Notes: a model not told the origin generated them from the sequence alone. 64,000 nt of DNA from Rubripirellula sp. (GCA_965216875.1 OZ244207.1:8128001-8192000), one strand, 5' to 3'; counted from the stretch's first letter, positions 9,916 to 20,770 are shown. Numbers and translations: made by a program.

Positions 9916-11259
9916 CTAGACCTTTAGCACACCGTTGCTGTCGCCAAATTTGTTGGTCTTGGCGCCCATCTGTTGCATCATCCAAGTGTAGAGGTTGCAC
10001 AGCGGAGTGCCGTTCTTGTAGCGGATGTGGCGGCCTGTACGAATTCGCTTGCCAGCTGAACCGGCAAGGATGATCGGCAAGTTGTCGTGATTGTGCCGAT
10101 CGCCATCACTGATGCCACTGCCGTAGACAATCATGCTGTTGTCCAACAGAGTGCCGTTGGCTTCAGAGACTTGTTTCAAACGCGACAAAAGGTATTCGAA
10201 ACGGTCGATTTGGAAACGATTGATCTTGGCGATGTTCTCTTGCTTGTGAGGACTCTTGCCATGGTGAGATGATTCATGATGCCCTTCGCTGACGCCGATT
10301 TCGGGATAGCTGCGGTTGCTACCTGCGTTGGTGAACATGAAGGAGATGATTCGCGTGCTGTCGGTTTGCATCGCAAGCGTGATCATGTCCATCATCAATT
10401 CACTGTGCTTGGTCAGTTCACGTGGGACACCACTGGGGCGTGGATAGTCGGGGACGCCCTCTTCGGTCATCGTCAATCGATCGGCACCCGCGAGTCGCTT
10501 CTCGACGTCGCGGACAGCGTACAGGTATTCATCCAACTTGCGGCGATCGATCTCAGGCAATTCCTTGTGCAAACGTTTTGCGTCGTCGAGGACAAAATCG
10601 AGCACACTCTTGCGGTACTTTTCGCGAACGCTTTTTGCACGCCGCGTTTCTTTGACGGTTTGCCCGGCGAACAGCCGATCGAACAAGGCTCCTGGATCGG
10701 TTTCTTTTGCAACAGGATTGGTTGGTCCGCGCCACGACATGTTCGACGCGTAGGCACAGCTGTAACCGCTGTCGCAGTTGCCGGCTTGGGCGCTTGCTTC
10801 GAGACCAAGTTCAAGCGACGCGAAACGAGTCGCATCGCCGACGTACTGGGCTGTCGCCTGGTCGACGGAGATGCCGTTTTGAATGTCGGCGCCGTTCGTT
10901 TTGCGCGGATGAGCACCAGTCAAGAACGCGGCCACACTTCTCGCATGATCCCCACCGCCATCGCCATGGGCGCGAGCTCCATCGAGCGTCAAACCGGTAA
11001 GCACATTGAAGTCATCTTTGTGTTTGGCCAGGCGTTGTAGCGTTGGCGGCAGATCGAATCGCGTCCCGTCCTTTGCGGGCGTCCAATCGGGCATGTGCAT
11101 CCCGTTGGGCACGTAGAAGAAGGCCATCCGTACCGGTGGACGACCCGCCGGGCCAGCAGCGGAAAGCAAGCGTGTCGGCGACATGACCTCCAACATCGGC
11201 AGTGCCATCGCTGTGCCCATTCCTCGCAACACCGTTCGGCGTGACAGACTTTTTGGCAT
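9916..11259 (-). CDS. DUF1552 (HXXSHH) domain protein with Tat-like N-terminus
   Basis: LSRRTVLRG, YVPNG, HHESSHH, TLLDNS and HNHDNLP; lies downstream of a DUF1592 gene. Confidence 0.88.
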   Translation of the reverse strand: MPKSLSRRTVLRGMGTAMALPMLEVMSPTRLLSAAGPAGRPPVRMAFFYVPNGMHMPDWTPAKDGTRFDLPPTLQRLAKHKDDFNVLTGLTLDGARAHGDGGGDHARSVAAFLTGAHPRKTNGADIQNGISVDQATAQYVGDATRFASLELGLEASAQAGNCDSGYSCAYASNMSWRGPTNPVAKETDPGALFDRLFAGQTVKETRRAKSVREKYRKSVLDFVLDDAKRLHKELPEIDRRKLDEYLYAVRDVEKRLAGADRLTMTEEGVPDYPRPSGVPRELTKHSELMMDMITLAMQTDSTRIISFMFTNAGSNRSYPEIGVSEGHHESSHHGKSPHKQENIAKINRFQIDRFEYLLSRLKQVSEANGTLLDNSMIVYGSGISDGDRHNHDNLPIILAGSAGKRIRTGRHIRYKNGTPLCNLYTWMMQQMGAKTNKFGDSNGVLKV

Positions 11260-11263
11260 CGTT

Positions 11264-13582
11264 CTAATCTCGCTGGCCCTGTTTTTGGAAAGGATCGCTG
11301 GAGACAATTCCGGCGATCAGATAGGCAAACTTGTAGTCGTGATCATTTGCGTAAGCGACAATTTCGTCGATCGCGCATTTGTCGTAGTACTCGGTCCCGC
11401 GCCCGATCGCGTAGGTCATCATCTTTTCGGTGACGCAACGAACGAATTGTTCGCCCCTTTGTTCGGCAAGCAACTTGCGTAGGTCACCAACGCCTGCGAA
11501 TTGGGTTCCGTCCGGGAGTTTTCCGGAAGCGTCGACCGGTCGACCACCTTCTTTGGAACGCCAGCGACCAACCGCATCAAAGTTCTCGAGTGCAAACCCG
11601 AGTGGGTCCATCATGTTGTGGCAGGCCGCGCAGGCTGGGTTCTCGCGGTGCTGTTCCATCCGCTCACGTAGCGTTCCCACCAAGCGACTCTTTTCGAGTT
11701 CCGGAACGTTCGGTGGGGCTGGTGGCGGCGGAGTGTTGAGCAGGTTGTCCAAAATCCACTTGCCGCGTTTAACAGGACTTGTTCGCGTGGGGTTGCTTGT
11801 TACCGTCAGGACGCTGGCATGGGTCAGCAGGCCGCCTCGCTGGGTCCCTTCGAGCGAAACCGCGCGGAAGTTGTCTCCCGTGACACCTTGGATTCCGTAA
11901 AAACGTGCGAGGTCTTCGTTGAGGTAGGTGAAGTTTGCATCGATCAGCGTCGTGACCGGCATGTTTCGACGCATGACCGCGGCAAAGAAGGTCAACGTTT
12001 CTTCACGCATCAGGTCGCGAATGTTGTCGTTGTAGCCTCGGAAGATCTTTGTGTCGGGTTTGACGTTGTCGAGGTTACGAAGTTGCAGCCATTGGCCCGC
12101 AAAATTTTCGATGAACTGGTTGGCACGTCGATCTTGCATCATGCGACCGATTTTGTCCAACAGACGTTTTTGGTCCCGCAGTTGTTTGTTGTGCGCTAGT
12201 AGCAGCAGCTCGTCGTCCGGCATGCTGCTCCAAAGAAAATAAGAAATCCGAGTGGCGAGTTCGTAGTCGTTGATCGGCGGCATCTCGCCGTCCGGGCCGA
12301 GCTTGCGCGGCTGTTCGACTTTGAAGAGGAAGTGGGGCGAAACCAGGATCGCCTGCATCGCGACCTGAATGCTCTCTTCAAACGATCCGCCGTCTTGGCG
12401 CACTTGCGATGCGAGTGCAACCAAGCGTTGGGTTTCGGAAGGTGTTGCGGGGCGGCGAAACGCGCGACTCGCAAAACGACCAAGGACTTGAGCTGCTGCC
12501 TGATCAGGCGTCGTGTTTTGATCGGGCGTCTTGAAGATGATTTTCCGATGACTCAGGGGCAAGTCGTGGTCGGAAACGATCGACAACCGTTCTTGTTGAC
12601 CGCGAATGTTGACGTGATGAATGTGGAGGTTGCGGTCCGCTTTTCCAGCGACATAGTAGTCGTTGATAAAGCTCATCTCGATCTTGCGTTGTCCACGGCC
12701 AAGACGAAAGCGAACTTCGTATTGTTCGGCGGTTTTCTTAGGAACGTTGATGATCCGTTTTGTCTTGCCGTACTTCACCTCCATCTTGACCGGCTCGTCA
12801 CCACCTTGATCACCGCTGGCCGTGATGGTGAATGTGTACAAACCGGCAAATGGAAAATCGGTTTGTACTGCGACGGTGCCCTGGCTAGCGAGACTGGCTC
12901 GACTTCCACGAAGGAACTTTTCGACGCCAATGAAAGACGATGGCGCTTTGTCGAGTTCAAAGATCTCGGGTGGCGGCGGTGTGTAAATTGCTTTGCCCGA
13001 AATGTATTCAGCAGCGTCGAGGTACTTTTCCATCAACAAAGGTGGCAAGGAAAGAACATCGCCAATGTTATCGAAACCGTACCCGACATCATCTCCGGGA
13101 AAGCCTTTGGCAGGTTTGTAGTCGACGCCGGTCAGGTCGCGAATGGTGTTGCGATACTCGGCGCGGTTTAATCGACGCATCGCAACCTTGCCGGCGTTTG
13201 GGTTGCGAACGCAGTTGACCGAATTGGCAAGATCGTCAATCAGGTCGCCAAGCCGCTTGCGAGTTTCGGGATCGATCGCGTCGCCATCTTCAGGTGGCAT
13301 CGTTCCCAGCCGAACTTGCGCAGCAGCGCGGACCCAGATCTTTCGATGCGACAGGATGGCGTCGGCTGAATCATCCTCCGAAAGCGCGATCTCCGACCCG
13401 GCGTCGTGACAGTCGTAGCAATAGGTGCGAAGCAGCGGCAGCAGTTGGTCGCGGAAAACCTGCTCGTGACCGGCATCGCCATAAGACCGACTCGCGCACA
13501 CTGATAGCGAGACGACCGCTGTGATCAGCAAACCGATTCGTGTTTTGCGGGAAGTGAGGCGGGGGATGGCGGGGATTCGCAT
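11264..13582 (-). CDS. Planctomycete PSD / cytochrome c protein (DUF1587/1595/1592/1588/1585) with a CBM-like insertion
   Basis: Haem-type motifs CYDCH and CAACH; RRLNRAEYRNTIRDL, YELATRISYFLWSSMPD, TSPVKRGKWIL and GFALENFDAVG. Confidence 0.88.
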   Translation of the reverse strand: MRIPAIPRLTSRKTRIGLLITAVVSLSVCASRSYGDAGHEQVFRDQLLPLLRTYCYDCHDAGSEIALSEDDSADAILSHRKIWVRAAAQVRLGTMPPEDGDAIDPETRKRLGDLIDDLANSVNCVRNPNAGKVAMRRLNRAEYRNTIRDLTGVDYKPAKGFPGDDVGYGFDNIGDVLSLPPLLMEKYLDAAEYISGKAIYTPPPPEIFELDKAPSSFIGVEKFLRGSRASLASQGTVAVQTDFPFAGLYTFTITASGDQGGDEPVKMEVKYGKTKRIINVPKKTAEQYEVRFRLGRGQRKIEMSFINDYYVAGKADRNLHIHHVNIRGQQERLSIVSDHDLPLSHRKIIFKTPDQNTTPDQAAAQVLGRFASRAFRRPATPSETQRLVALASQVRQDGGSFEESIQVAMQAILVSPHFLFKVEQPRKLGPDGEMPPINDYELATRISYFLWSSMPDDELLLLAHNKQLRDQKRLLDKIGRMMQDRRANQFIENFAGQWLQLRNLDNVKPDTKIFRGYNDNIRDLMREETLTFFAAVMRRNMPVTTLIDANFTYLNEDLARFYGIQGVTGDNFRAVSLEGTQRGGLLTHASVLTVTSNPTRTSPVKRGKWILDNLLNTPPPPAPPNVPELEKSRLVGTLRERMEQHRENPACAACHNMMDPLGFALENFDAVGRWRSKEGGRPVDASGKLPDGTQFAGVGDLRKLLAEQRGEQFVRCVTEKMMTYAIGRGTEYYDKCAIDEIVAYANDHDYKFAYLIAGIVSSDPFQKQGQRD

Positions 13583-13603
13583 CGTGGCTAGATGTTACTG
13601 TAC

Positions 13604-13670
13604 ATAGGTCATGGATGCATGACGGCGAACAGGGATGGGCTGCTCTGTTAACTTCAGTCGCACGACCTAC
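13604..13670. repeat. Degenerate GTAG-type REP pair, family D (TAGGTCATG..CATGAC)
   Basis: ATAGGTCATGGATGCATGAC ... GTCGCACGACCTAC, related to 26204-26224. Confidence 0.45.
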
Positions 13671-13791
13671 ATTTTGACGCAATCAGACCGATTTCATCTC
13701 TCCGTTTCGCTTTGCCCGGTCGATTCCGTCCGTGTGAACGTGCGAACCTAACGATCGCAGCGAAAAACGGCTCCCCATGTGGGTGGGTTGT

Positions 13792-14277
13792 TTACTGTTT
13801 TTGGCGGACCGATTCGGCGTCCACGGTGTAGCCCGCACCACTTTGGGCGGTTTCGCGGTAAGCCGACTGGTCGCCAAAATCACCCGGTTGCGGCCCCATC
13901 GAACCGATCTGAACGTTGAACCGCTGAGCATAACGCGACAGAACGAGGCGTCGCATCAACTCGCGTCCTGGTGGGATCAGCAAAAGGAAGCCAAAGGCGT
14001 CGGTCAGGAGCCCCGGCGTCAGAAGAAGTGCGGCAGCAAAAACGATCATCAGCCCGTCTTGGATTTCGCGTCCGGGCATACGTCCCTCAGCCAGCGCGGC
14101 GTGAAAACGGGACCATGCATTGAGGCCTTCGCGGCGTGCCAGGGCCGAGCCGATGATGCCTGTAATGATCACGACGGCAAACGTCGTCAACGCGCTGGTC
14201 GCTTCAGCCAATTGCAGCAGTAGGTACAATTCAACCAGCGGAATAACGATGAAGGCCGCAAGAAGTCGAATCAGCAT
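13792..14277 (-). CDS. fxsA: FxsA family membrane protein
   Basis: FIVIPLVELYLL and the signature LLLTPGLLTDAFG. Confidence 0.88.
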   Translation of the reverse strand: MLIRLLAAFIVIPLVELYLLLQLAEATSALTTFAVVIITGIIGSALARREGLNAWSRFHAALAEGRMPGREIQDGLMIVFAAALLLTPGLLTDAFGFLLLIPPGRELMRRLVLSRYAQRFNVQIGSMGPQPGDFGDQSAYRETAQSGAGYTVDAESVRQKQ

Positions 14278-14518
14278 GAGTTCATCTTTGAATGTGACGG
14301 TTTCTATTGAGTATTCGATCAGGGCCAAGTGATCTTGGCCAAGCCATCTTGGCAGGTGGCTGGATCGGATGGTTTCAAAAGAGCACGATTCGTACCAAAC
14401 CCCTTCTCGAGTACCCGATTCCGCCGCCTCAACCTTGGTTTAGGTCGTTTGAAGCTCCGAATGGGGCGCCACCACCCTTCCCTCCTGCCGGTTTTTCCGC
14501 TTTTCAAGAGCCCACCCC

Positions 14519-15319
14519 ATGACGTCCAAGACGCTTTTTTCCCTCATCGCTGCACTTCTACTCCTATCGGCACCCGGGTTTGTCACATCAGCCAAAGGGC
14601 AAGAGTCGGGATCGTCGGACGCGAAATCGGGTTCCAAGATCAACGCATTGATGATCTGTGGTGGCTGTTGCCACGACTACAACAACCAAAAGCGAATCAT
14701 CAGTGAAGGACTCAACCAGCGAATCGATCGGCCGATCGATTGGACGATCTTGGAGTACGGCAGCAAACGCGACGTCAAAGCGGACATCTACCAAAAGGCT
14801 GATTGGATCAAAGGCTTTGACATTGTTGTTCACAACGAGTGTTTTGGTGGCATCACCGATGGTGATTTTGTAGAAGGCATCGTCAAAGGGCATGTCGACC
14901 AAGGCGTGCCAGCAATCGTCGTTCACTGCTCGATGCATTCGTATCGCAACGCTCCGACCGCGGACACTTGGCGCGCGTTCCTTGGTGTGACCAGCAAGCG
15001 TCACGAAAAGTCAAAGCACCCGTTGGTCGTGAAGACAACCGAGGCCGGCGCCGACCATGCGATCATGAAATCGGTTGATGGCCAATGGACAACCCCCAAC
15101 GGTGAACTTTACATCATCGAAAAAGTCTGGCCCGAAACGACTGTCTTGGCGAAAGTGTTTAGTGAAGAAACGGAGAAAGAGGAGCCGGTGATCTGGACGA
15201 ACACGTACAAAGGCGTCAAGGTTTTTGGAATCTCATTGGGTCATCACAACGAAACGATGGAAGACCCAACTTGGCAATCCATCGTTGCCCAAGGGTGGCG
15301 ATGGTCGCTCAACAAGTAG
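14519..15319 (+). CDS. Secreted ThuA-like (trehalose utilisation / class I GATase-like) domain protein
   Basis: Signal peptide; GGCCHDY, VHCSMH, GELY and SLGHHNET. Confidence 0.75.
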   Translation: MTSKTLFSLIAALLLLSAPGFVTSAKGQESGSSDAKSGSKINALMICGGCCHDYNNQKRIISEGLNQRIDRPIDWTILEYGSKRDVKADIYQKADWIKGFDIVVHNECFGGITDGDFVEGIVKGHVDQGVPAIVVHCSMHSYRNAPTADTWRAFLGVTSKRHEKSKHPLVVKTTEAGADHAIMKSVDGQWTTPNGELYIIEKVWPETTVLAKVFSEETEKEEPVIWTNTYKGVKVFGISLGHHNETMEDPTWQSIVAQGWRWSLNK

Positions 15320-15350
15320 TTGACCTACCCAATCGGTTGTAAGCTCGTCA

Positions 15351-16193
15351 GTGTCGGTTGAATACATCTCACTTGTTTCTCGGTCAGCCGGCGAGTTGCA
15401 TGCGCGATTGTGGCATGCATCGGGTGATGCACGTGGCGCCGTCGTTTTCATTCATGGGCTCGGTGACCACATCGGCAGGTACAGCGAGCTTGCCGAGCGG
15501 CTAGCAGACGCGGGCTACTATGTGCTCGCGTTTGACTTGCCCGGTCATGGCAAGTCGCCGGGCGTTCAAGGACGAATCGACAGCTATGACGACATCTTGA
15601 AAGTCATCGCGAAGGCTTCCGTGCAACTTGCTGAATGGTTTCCCGAATTGCCGCAAGTGGTTATCGGTCACAGCATGGGGGGCAACTTCGCGCTCAATTA
15701 TGCGTTGCGACACCATCAATTCGATGGCGTGAAGCCGTCGGCGTTGGTGTTGGTCGGACCGATGCTCCAACCAGACAAGCCACTGCCGAGACCACAGATC
15801 TTTGCCGCATGGTTGACGGGGCGTGTCCTGCCTGGCTTACGCGTTGGCAAACCGGTTGCCATCGAGCAGTTGACGCGTGATGAAGCACTTGGGCAAGCGT
15901 CGCGTGAGGACCCGTTGACCCATTCCAAGATCTCGCTTTACCTGGCCACGCAGCTTGTCGCACAGGGGCGTTTTGCGATTGATCATGCACGCGAACTTGA
16001 CGTCAAAACGATGATCACGTTTGGGGAAGAAGACGAGTTGATCGACCGCGGTGCCTGCGAAAACGTCGCTGTGCGAATTGGCGACAACGCGACGACGCGT
16101 TGTTGGCCCGCGGCAAAGCATGATCTGATTCACGAGATTAATCGCGATGAAATCATCGATTCGTTGATCGCATGGATTGACCGCGCGATTTAA
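15351..16193 (+). CDS. Alpha/beta hydrolase (lysophospholipase / monoacylglycerol lipase-like)
   Basis: IHGLGDH, FDLPGHG, nucleophile elbow GHSMGG and C-terminal HDLIHE. Confidence 0.88.
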   Translation: MSVEYISLVSRSAGELHARLWHASGDARGAVVFIHGLGDHIGRYSELAERLADAGYYVLAFDLPGHGKSPGVQGRIDSYDDILKVIAKASVQLAEWFPELPQVVIGHSMGGNFALNYALRHHQFDGVKPSALVLVGPMLQPDKPLPRPQIFAAWLTGRVLPGLRVGKPVAIEQLTRDEALGQASREDPLTHSKISLYLATQLVAQGRFAIDHARELDVKTMITFGEEDELIDRGACENVAVRIGDNATTRCWPAAKHDLIHEINRDEIIDSLIAWIDRAI

Positions 16194-16205
16194 AATGCCC
16201 TTCCC

Positions 16206-16447
16206 TGAGCCGAACGCGCTAGCGTCGGGCCTTACACTCTATTTCACGTTAGGCAAGCGTTTGTCACGCGGAGCATGGACCTACGGAGAGGACGCGGAGC
16301 GTCCGAAGACCCGTTACCACGCGGAGCGGGGTAACGAGGGCCGAACGGCCGTGAGCCGAACGCGCTAGCGTCGGGCGTTACACAATTGCCTGCCGTCGCC
16401 ACGCTCGCCCGAACGCGGTGGTCCACCTTCTGGCGAAGGTAGCTACG
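16206..16447. repeat. Composite intergenic repeat cluster
   Basis: Two family A units (16206, 16352), three ACGCGGAGC copies including a CGTTACC...GGTAACG hairpin, and a CCTTCTGGCGAAGG-TAGCTAC palindrome. Confidence 0.7.
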
Positions 16448-16466
16448 GGGCAGAGCCAGCCCTCTC

Positions 16467-19400
16467 CTACTTCTTCGCTTTGCGTTTGGCTTCGAGCAAG
16501 CGTTCGGTGTAGGTCTTGCTGTCGGCTTCGCTCGAAGGTTTCTCTTCCGCCTTTGGTTTCGGCTTGGACGTTGGAGCCGAGACGTTTTCGAGATCGACAG
16601 GTTCGTCGCCTGCATCGACCGCAGTGGGTTCAAAGCGAACACTTGCGCGACGCTTTTCGAGCGACTCATCAATCGCATCTTTGTTCTTCTTCAATGCGTC
16701 CAAGCGTGCTGTGACCGCCGATTCCTTGTCATCGTTGCCACGCATGCGGTCGAGTGTGCGACCGACCCAATCGAAGTTGATCGCGACTCGACGAACGAAG
16801 ACATCACCTAGGAAGAGACAGCAGCCGCCGAGGACAAACCAGGGCCAAGCGTCGCGAATGCTGCGAGCCAAAGACAGACCGCCGCGAAACGCGTTGGTTT
16901 CGATCAGTTCGGCGCTCGGCTGGTTCTCGAGCGGCACGGTCACCTGTCCCGCTTCACCATCGCGCGGGGTCACACCGGCGAGCGCTTCGATCAGGGCACG
17001 GTTGGTGTCGCGAACTCGGAATTCGTCGCTATAGGGCACCGTGACGCCAGTGGTCAGTGGTGCCGAGCCTGGTCCGGGAATGACATTCACAAAGAAACTG
17101 CCAGCGCGGTCGGCCGGGAACGAGCCCATGTAACGTCCAGGAGCGACCTGCTTCATTCGCAACGGGATCGGATTCAACTCGGGGTCGAGGGCCGAGGCGT
17201 TCATGTCCAAGAAGTTCAAGAACGCGTCGTCTTTGGTGAGCGCGTTGACGATCACTTGGACTTCGCCATCTTTGACCTGGGTGGCCATCGTGAACTTGCC
17301 CGTGTCGCCCGTCGGACGCATGAGCCAGCGAACGAGTTGACTGTGGAATTTGTCGTAACCTTCCCACTGTGTCCAATCGGCAGCCCACCGTGCACCGCCA
17401 TCGGTCGTGAGCACTGCGGTGCGTCCGAGCCCATAGGTCCAAACGGCGAGGACTGTCGCATTCTCAGGCGAATAGGGCTCAGGCGTTTTGGGGGACCGAA
17501 TCAAGACTTGAGCGAGCGGGCTCTCTTTGGCTTGTGTTAAGACAAACCCTGAGATGTTGGGCAGGGTGCGATCGATTCCGTCGAGCAGCGCGTGCGGGAA
17601 AATGACCTCGGGGCGTGCGCCGCCTGGTGGTTCATAGACCAGCGGTTTGGAAACACGGCGCGCTTCGCGTTGAAAGATTCGCGGCAACGCTTTGCCGTTT
17701 GCGACGGCGTAGTATTTGCCGCCAGTGGTTTGGGCGATCTGCTGCAGTCGGCGACTTTCGGTCAAACCGTGCGAGGCGACCGCCACCGTGCTGATCGTGA
17801 TGTTGTTGTCTTTGAACGCCTTGAGCGTCGAAGGTGCGGGGTCACTGGGGTCACCATCACTGATGATGATGCAGTGTTTGACCGAGGCGGGCGTTCGTGC
17901 CAAGCCTGTGACCGCCATCTTCATTGCCGGGTCAAACTGGGGCATGTCGCCCGGTGTCATACGTCCGATCGCGGCCAACATCGCCTTTCGGTTCGGTCCG
18001 ACTTCGAGCAGTCCATTCTTGCCGCCCCATAACCAAGCGTCGCCACGCATCGTCCAATGCAAGACGCCACCAAAGTCGGCCGGTCCAAGTTGCTCGATCG
18101 CTGCGCGTGCGATGACTTTTTGCCAATGGTTGCCGTCCGCCATCTCGCTGGCGTGCATGATGCAGGCCAACGCCCCGACGGCTTGGATCTTGGTGTTCTT
18201 GATCTTAAAGTCGACCGGCATCGCCTTTTCGATTTTCGTTCCCGTCCAACCACCGGCGCCGAATGCTTCAGGACCGCCGATCATCAGCAAACCCGCGCCG
18301 AGCTGCTGTGTGTTGCTGACGAGCATGTCGATCTGTTCGTCCGAGAAGGACGTGATCTGATCACTTGATTCGCCCGAGACGCGGGGCACGCCGGCGAGGA
18401 TAACGGCGTCGTAGGCTTGCAGTTCCGCGAGCGAACTGAACAGCTGGTTGCTCGGCTGCATGACCACTTCGATATTGGCGTCACGAAGCGATTCAACAAG
18501 CAGATCGAAGTCGCCGAGACGTTTGGGATCTTCGATCAACAACACTCGGCCTTTGCCGCGAACGTACGTGTAGGCGGTGGCCGCATTGTTTTGCCTGAGG
18601 CCATCGCTCTCTTTGGTCGAAGGTATCCACTCGGCGTGATACTGATAAGGAGCTGGCTGTTCGATCTGGTGACGAAGCGGAATGACATTCTTGCCCGGAT
18701 CGAGCGTGATGTCTTCCTCCAACAACAGCGAGTCTTCGCCGGCAACCGTTTGCGTCAGCCGCAGTTTGCCTTTGCTCGGCGCGGTGACTTCGCCATCGCC
18801 AAAGTTGTTGACGACGATCCGCATTTCGAAAGGTTGACCTTTGCGAATGTTCGTCGGCAGGTCGAGTTTTTCGACGAGCACTTCGTTGCTGGTATCAAGT
18901 TGGACCGGCACAACATCGATACCGATCCCCGATTCGGCCAATCGACGCGCGAGGCGGCGGGCTTGTCCTAGGTTCTCGTTTCCATCGGTCACAATCACGA
19001 TGCGCCGTGATGTGTCCTCTTCCATCGAGGCTTGCGCGAGACTGAGTGCCGATTCGAGGTTGGTTGCATCCGACCTGCCGAGCGTGGACTCGAGTCGATT
19101 CAGCGGAATCGCATCATCGTACGGTGGGATTTCGATGGTCGCGTCACGCCCAAAGACAATGATGCCCGCACGGTCTTCACGCGCCTCATCGCGATGTTTC
19201 AGAACATTGTTCTTGACGTACTTGAGCATCACCTGGCGTTTGGCCAACGGAATGCTCTCGGATTGGTCAAGCAGGTACATCACCGTGACGCGGTCGTTGA
19301 TCCAAACCAATTGGACGCCCGCCATTGCAAAGACAATCGCAATCCAAACCGACGAACGAAACAACAACGCAAGGGCGCGTCGGAAACGTCCCAAAGCGGC

Positions 19401-19490
19401 AAGCGACGAGAAACCAATCCACCACAGCAGTGGAAGCGCAGCCAGGAGCCACAAGTAAGTTGGATGATCGAAACTCAGTCGAAATGGCAT
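16467..19490 (-). CDS. Membrane protein with BatA-like N-terminus, two VWA domains and a GATase-like (DUF1355) domain
   Basis: FDHPTYLWLL, MIDAS DQSES...TDGNEN, GLLMIGGPEAFGAGGW, second VWA IISDGD, and WTYGLGR. Confidence 0.8.
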   Translation of the reverse strand: MPFRLSFDHPTYLWLLAALPLLWWIGFSSLAALGRFRRALALLFRSSVWIAIVFAMAGVQLVWINDRVTVMYLLDQSESIPLAKRQVMLKYVKNNVLKHRDEAREDRAGIIVFGRDATIEIPPYDDAIPLNRLESTLGRSDATNLESALSLAQASMEEDTSRRIVIVTDGNENLGQARRLARRLAESGIGIDVVPVQLDTSNEVLVEKLDLPTNIRKGQPFEMRIVVNNFGDGEVTAPSKGKLRLTQTVAGEDSLLLEEDITLDPGKNVIPLRHQIEQPAPYQYHAEWIPSTKESDGLRQNNAATAYTYVRGKGRVLLIEDPKRLGDFDLLVESLRDANIEVVMQPSNQLFSSLAELQAYDAVILAGVPRVSGESSDQITSFSDEQIDMLVSNTQQLGAGLLMIGGPEAFGAGGWTGTKIEKAMPVDFKIKNTKIQAVGALACIMHASEMADGNHWQKVIARAAIEQLGPADFGGVLHWTMRGDAWLWGGKNGLLEVGPNRKAMLAAIGRMTPGDMPQFDPAMKMAVTGLARTPASVKHCIIISDGDPSDPAPSTLKAFKDNNITISTVAVASHGLTESRRLQQIAQTTGGKYYAVANGKALPRIFQREARRVSKPLVYEPPGGARPEVIFPHALLDGIDRTLPNISGFVLTQAKESPLAQVLIRSPKTPEPYSPENATVLAVWTYGLGRTAVLTTDGGARWAADWTQWEGYDKFHSQLVRWLMRPTGDTGKFTMATQVKDGEVQVIVNALTKDDAFLNFLDMNASALDPELNPIPLRMKQVAPGRYMGSFPADRAGSFFVNVIPGPGSAPLTTGVTVPYSDEFRVRDTNRALIEALAGVTPRDGEAGQVTVPLENQPSAELIETNAFRGGLSLARSIRDAWPWFVLGGCCLFLGDVFVRRVAINFDWVGRTLDRMRGNDDKESAVTARLDALKKNKDAIDESLEKRRASVRFEPTAVDAGDEPVDLENVSAPTSKPKPKAEEKPSSEADSKTYTERLLEAKRKAKK

Positions 19491-19517
19491 CGGCCTGACC
19501 CAGTGCGACGAAAAACG

Positions 19518-20537
19518 TTAGACGGCTGCGCAGCCGTCTGCGGGGCGCGGTGGGTAAAAGTAGGACGCCGCCAACGTTGCCAACATCCCTGTCGAGCCGG
19601 CAAAGATCACAAACAACGAAATTGCAATGATCGGCAACGCCAACACATCGGTTTGACCTTCTGGGGCAAACACCACAGCCACCACGCTTATCACATTATT
19701 AACGAAATGGGCGAGCATTGCAGGGAAGAGGGACCCGCTGCGCCAAGCGACGACGCCTAAAAAGAGCCCGAGCGGGAAGACAGCAATGACGTGCACCAGA
19801 TCCATGTGGAAAAGTGCGAAAAACAGCGAAGCGACCAAAACGCCAATCGCCGGACGAAATGCCCGTGTTAGACGCGTTTGGACGTAGCCACGGAACAGCA
19901 ATTCCTCGCAAATCGCGGGGGTCGCACCGATCATCAACGCAAGCGGGATCAGGAACCCGGATTGCCCATGGTCCCGGAAAATACCGGACATCTCCTTCAG
20001 CGTTTCGCTCTCGTCCAGAAAGAGACCCACGAAAACGCCCGAAACCATTCCGACCAGGGGCGTCGCGGCCGCGGCGCCAAACCACGCCCAGATCGGCCAA
20101 TTGCCACGCACCAACCCCAGTCGCTCGCGAAGCGGCACGGGGGACGCAAACGCCGCGGCGATCGGTGGAATGATCAAGCCAACCTGTGGGATCACGACCA
20201 AGATGAACAATCCGAGCCGCGACTTGGTGACTTCCTTGAATGAATCCGGGTTTCGCAATAGTTCGAGCGACACTTCGCCATGCACCACGCGAAAGGCGAT
20301 CAGCGACATCACACCGCTGAGAAACAGGAACAGAGCGAGAGAGCTCCCAATGACGGCAAACGGAGACCACCAACGCGGAGGTTTTTCCACTGTGCCAGCT
20401 GTTGTGGGCTGGCTAACCAATGCGGCATCCAAAACGCCGGGATCGCCGAGCGAATCAGGGTCCAGCTCGACGGGCGATTGAAATGGGTCGGGCGTTCCGC
20501 CAGAGAGAGGGTGGTTCGGTTCCATGTAGCTCGGCAA
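19518..20537 (-). CDS. CPBP (Abi/CAAX) intramembrane glutamic endopeptidase
   Basis: EELLFRG, FALFH and AHFVNN motifs with multiple TM segments. Confidence 0.88.
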   Translation of the reverse strand: MPSYMEPNHPLSGGTPDPFQSPVELDPDSLGDPGVLDAALVSQPTTAGTVEKPPRWWSPFAVIGSSLALFLFLSGVMSLIAFRVVHGEVSLELLRNPDSFKEVTKSRLGLFILVVIPQVGLIIPPIAAAFASPVPLRERLGLVRGNWPIWAWFGAAAATPLVGMVSGVFVGLFLDESETLKEMSGIFRDHGQSGFLIPLALMIGATPAICEELLFRGYVQTRLTRAFRPAIGVLVASLFFALFHMDLVHVIAVFPLGLFLGVVAWRSGSLFPAMLAHFVNNVISVVAVVFAPEGQTDVLALPIIAISLFVIFAGSTGMLATLAASYFYPPRPADGCAAV

Positions 20538-20682
20538 AGTGCGTCGTATGGCGGCAGAATAGGTCCGCGGCGAAACAGTTTAAGCGGTATCGACCTTCAA
20601 TACGCTCTCAAAAGGGCCGAAGTTGGGATGGGAAAGGGCGACCCTCCCCATTTTTTCCGAACTTTCCGAACCGAGCCGTGGT

Positions 20683-20770
20683 GGAGTGCAGGGCCCGACC
20701 GCTGACCGTTTGTCGTCCCGCCTTTAGGCGGTCTGTGAGAAGATTCCGGCTAAAGCTCGGTACTACGAAC
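20683..20770. repeat. REP-like repeats: degenerate family A plus family C
   Basis: 20739-20770 (GAAGATTCCGGCTAAAGCTCGGTACTACGAAC) matches the reverse complement of 26242-26273 at 30/32 nt. Confidence 0.7.

Noticed and set aside
16206..16380. Direct repeats as a possible CRISPR array
   Set aside because: Only two copies about 146 bp apart, no regular spacers and no cas genes; the same unit is dispersed like a REP.
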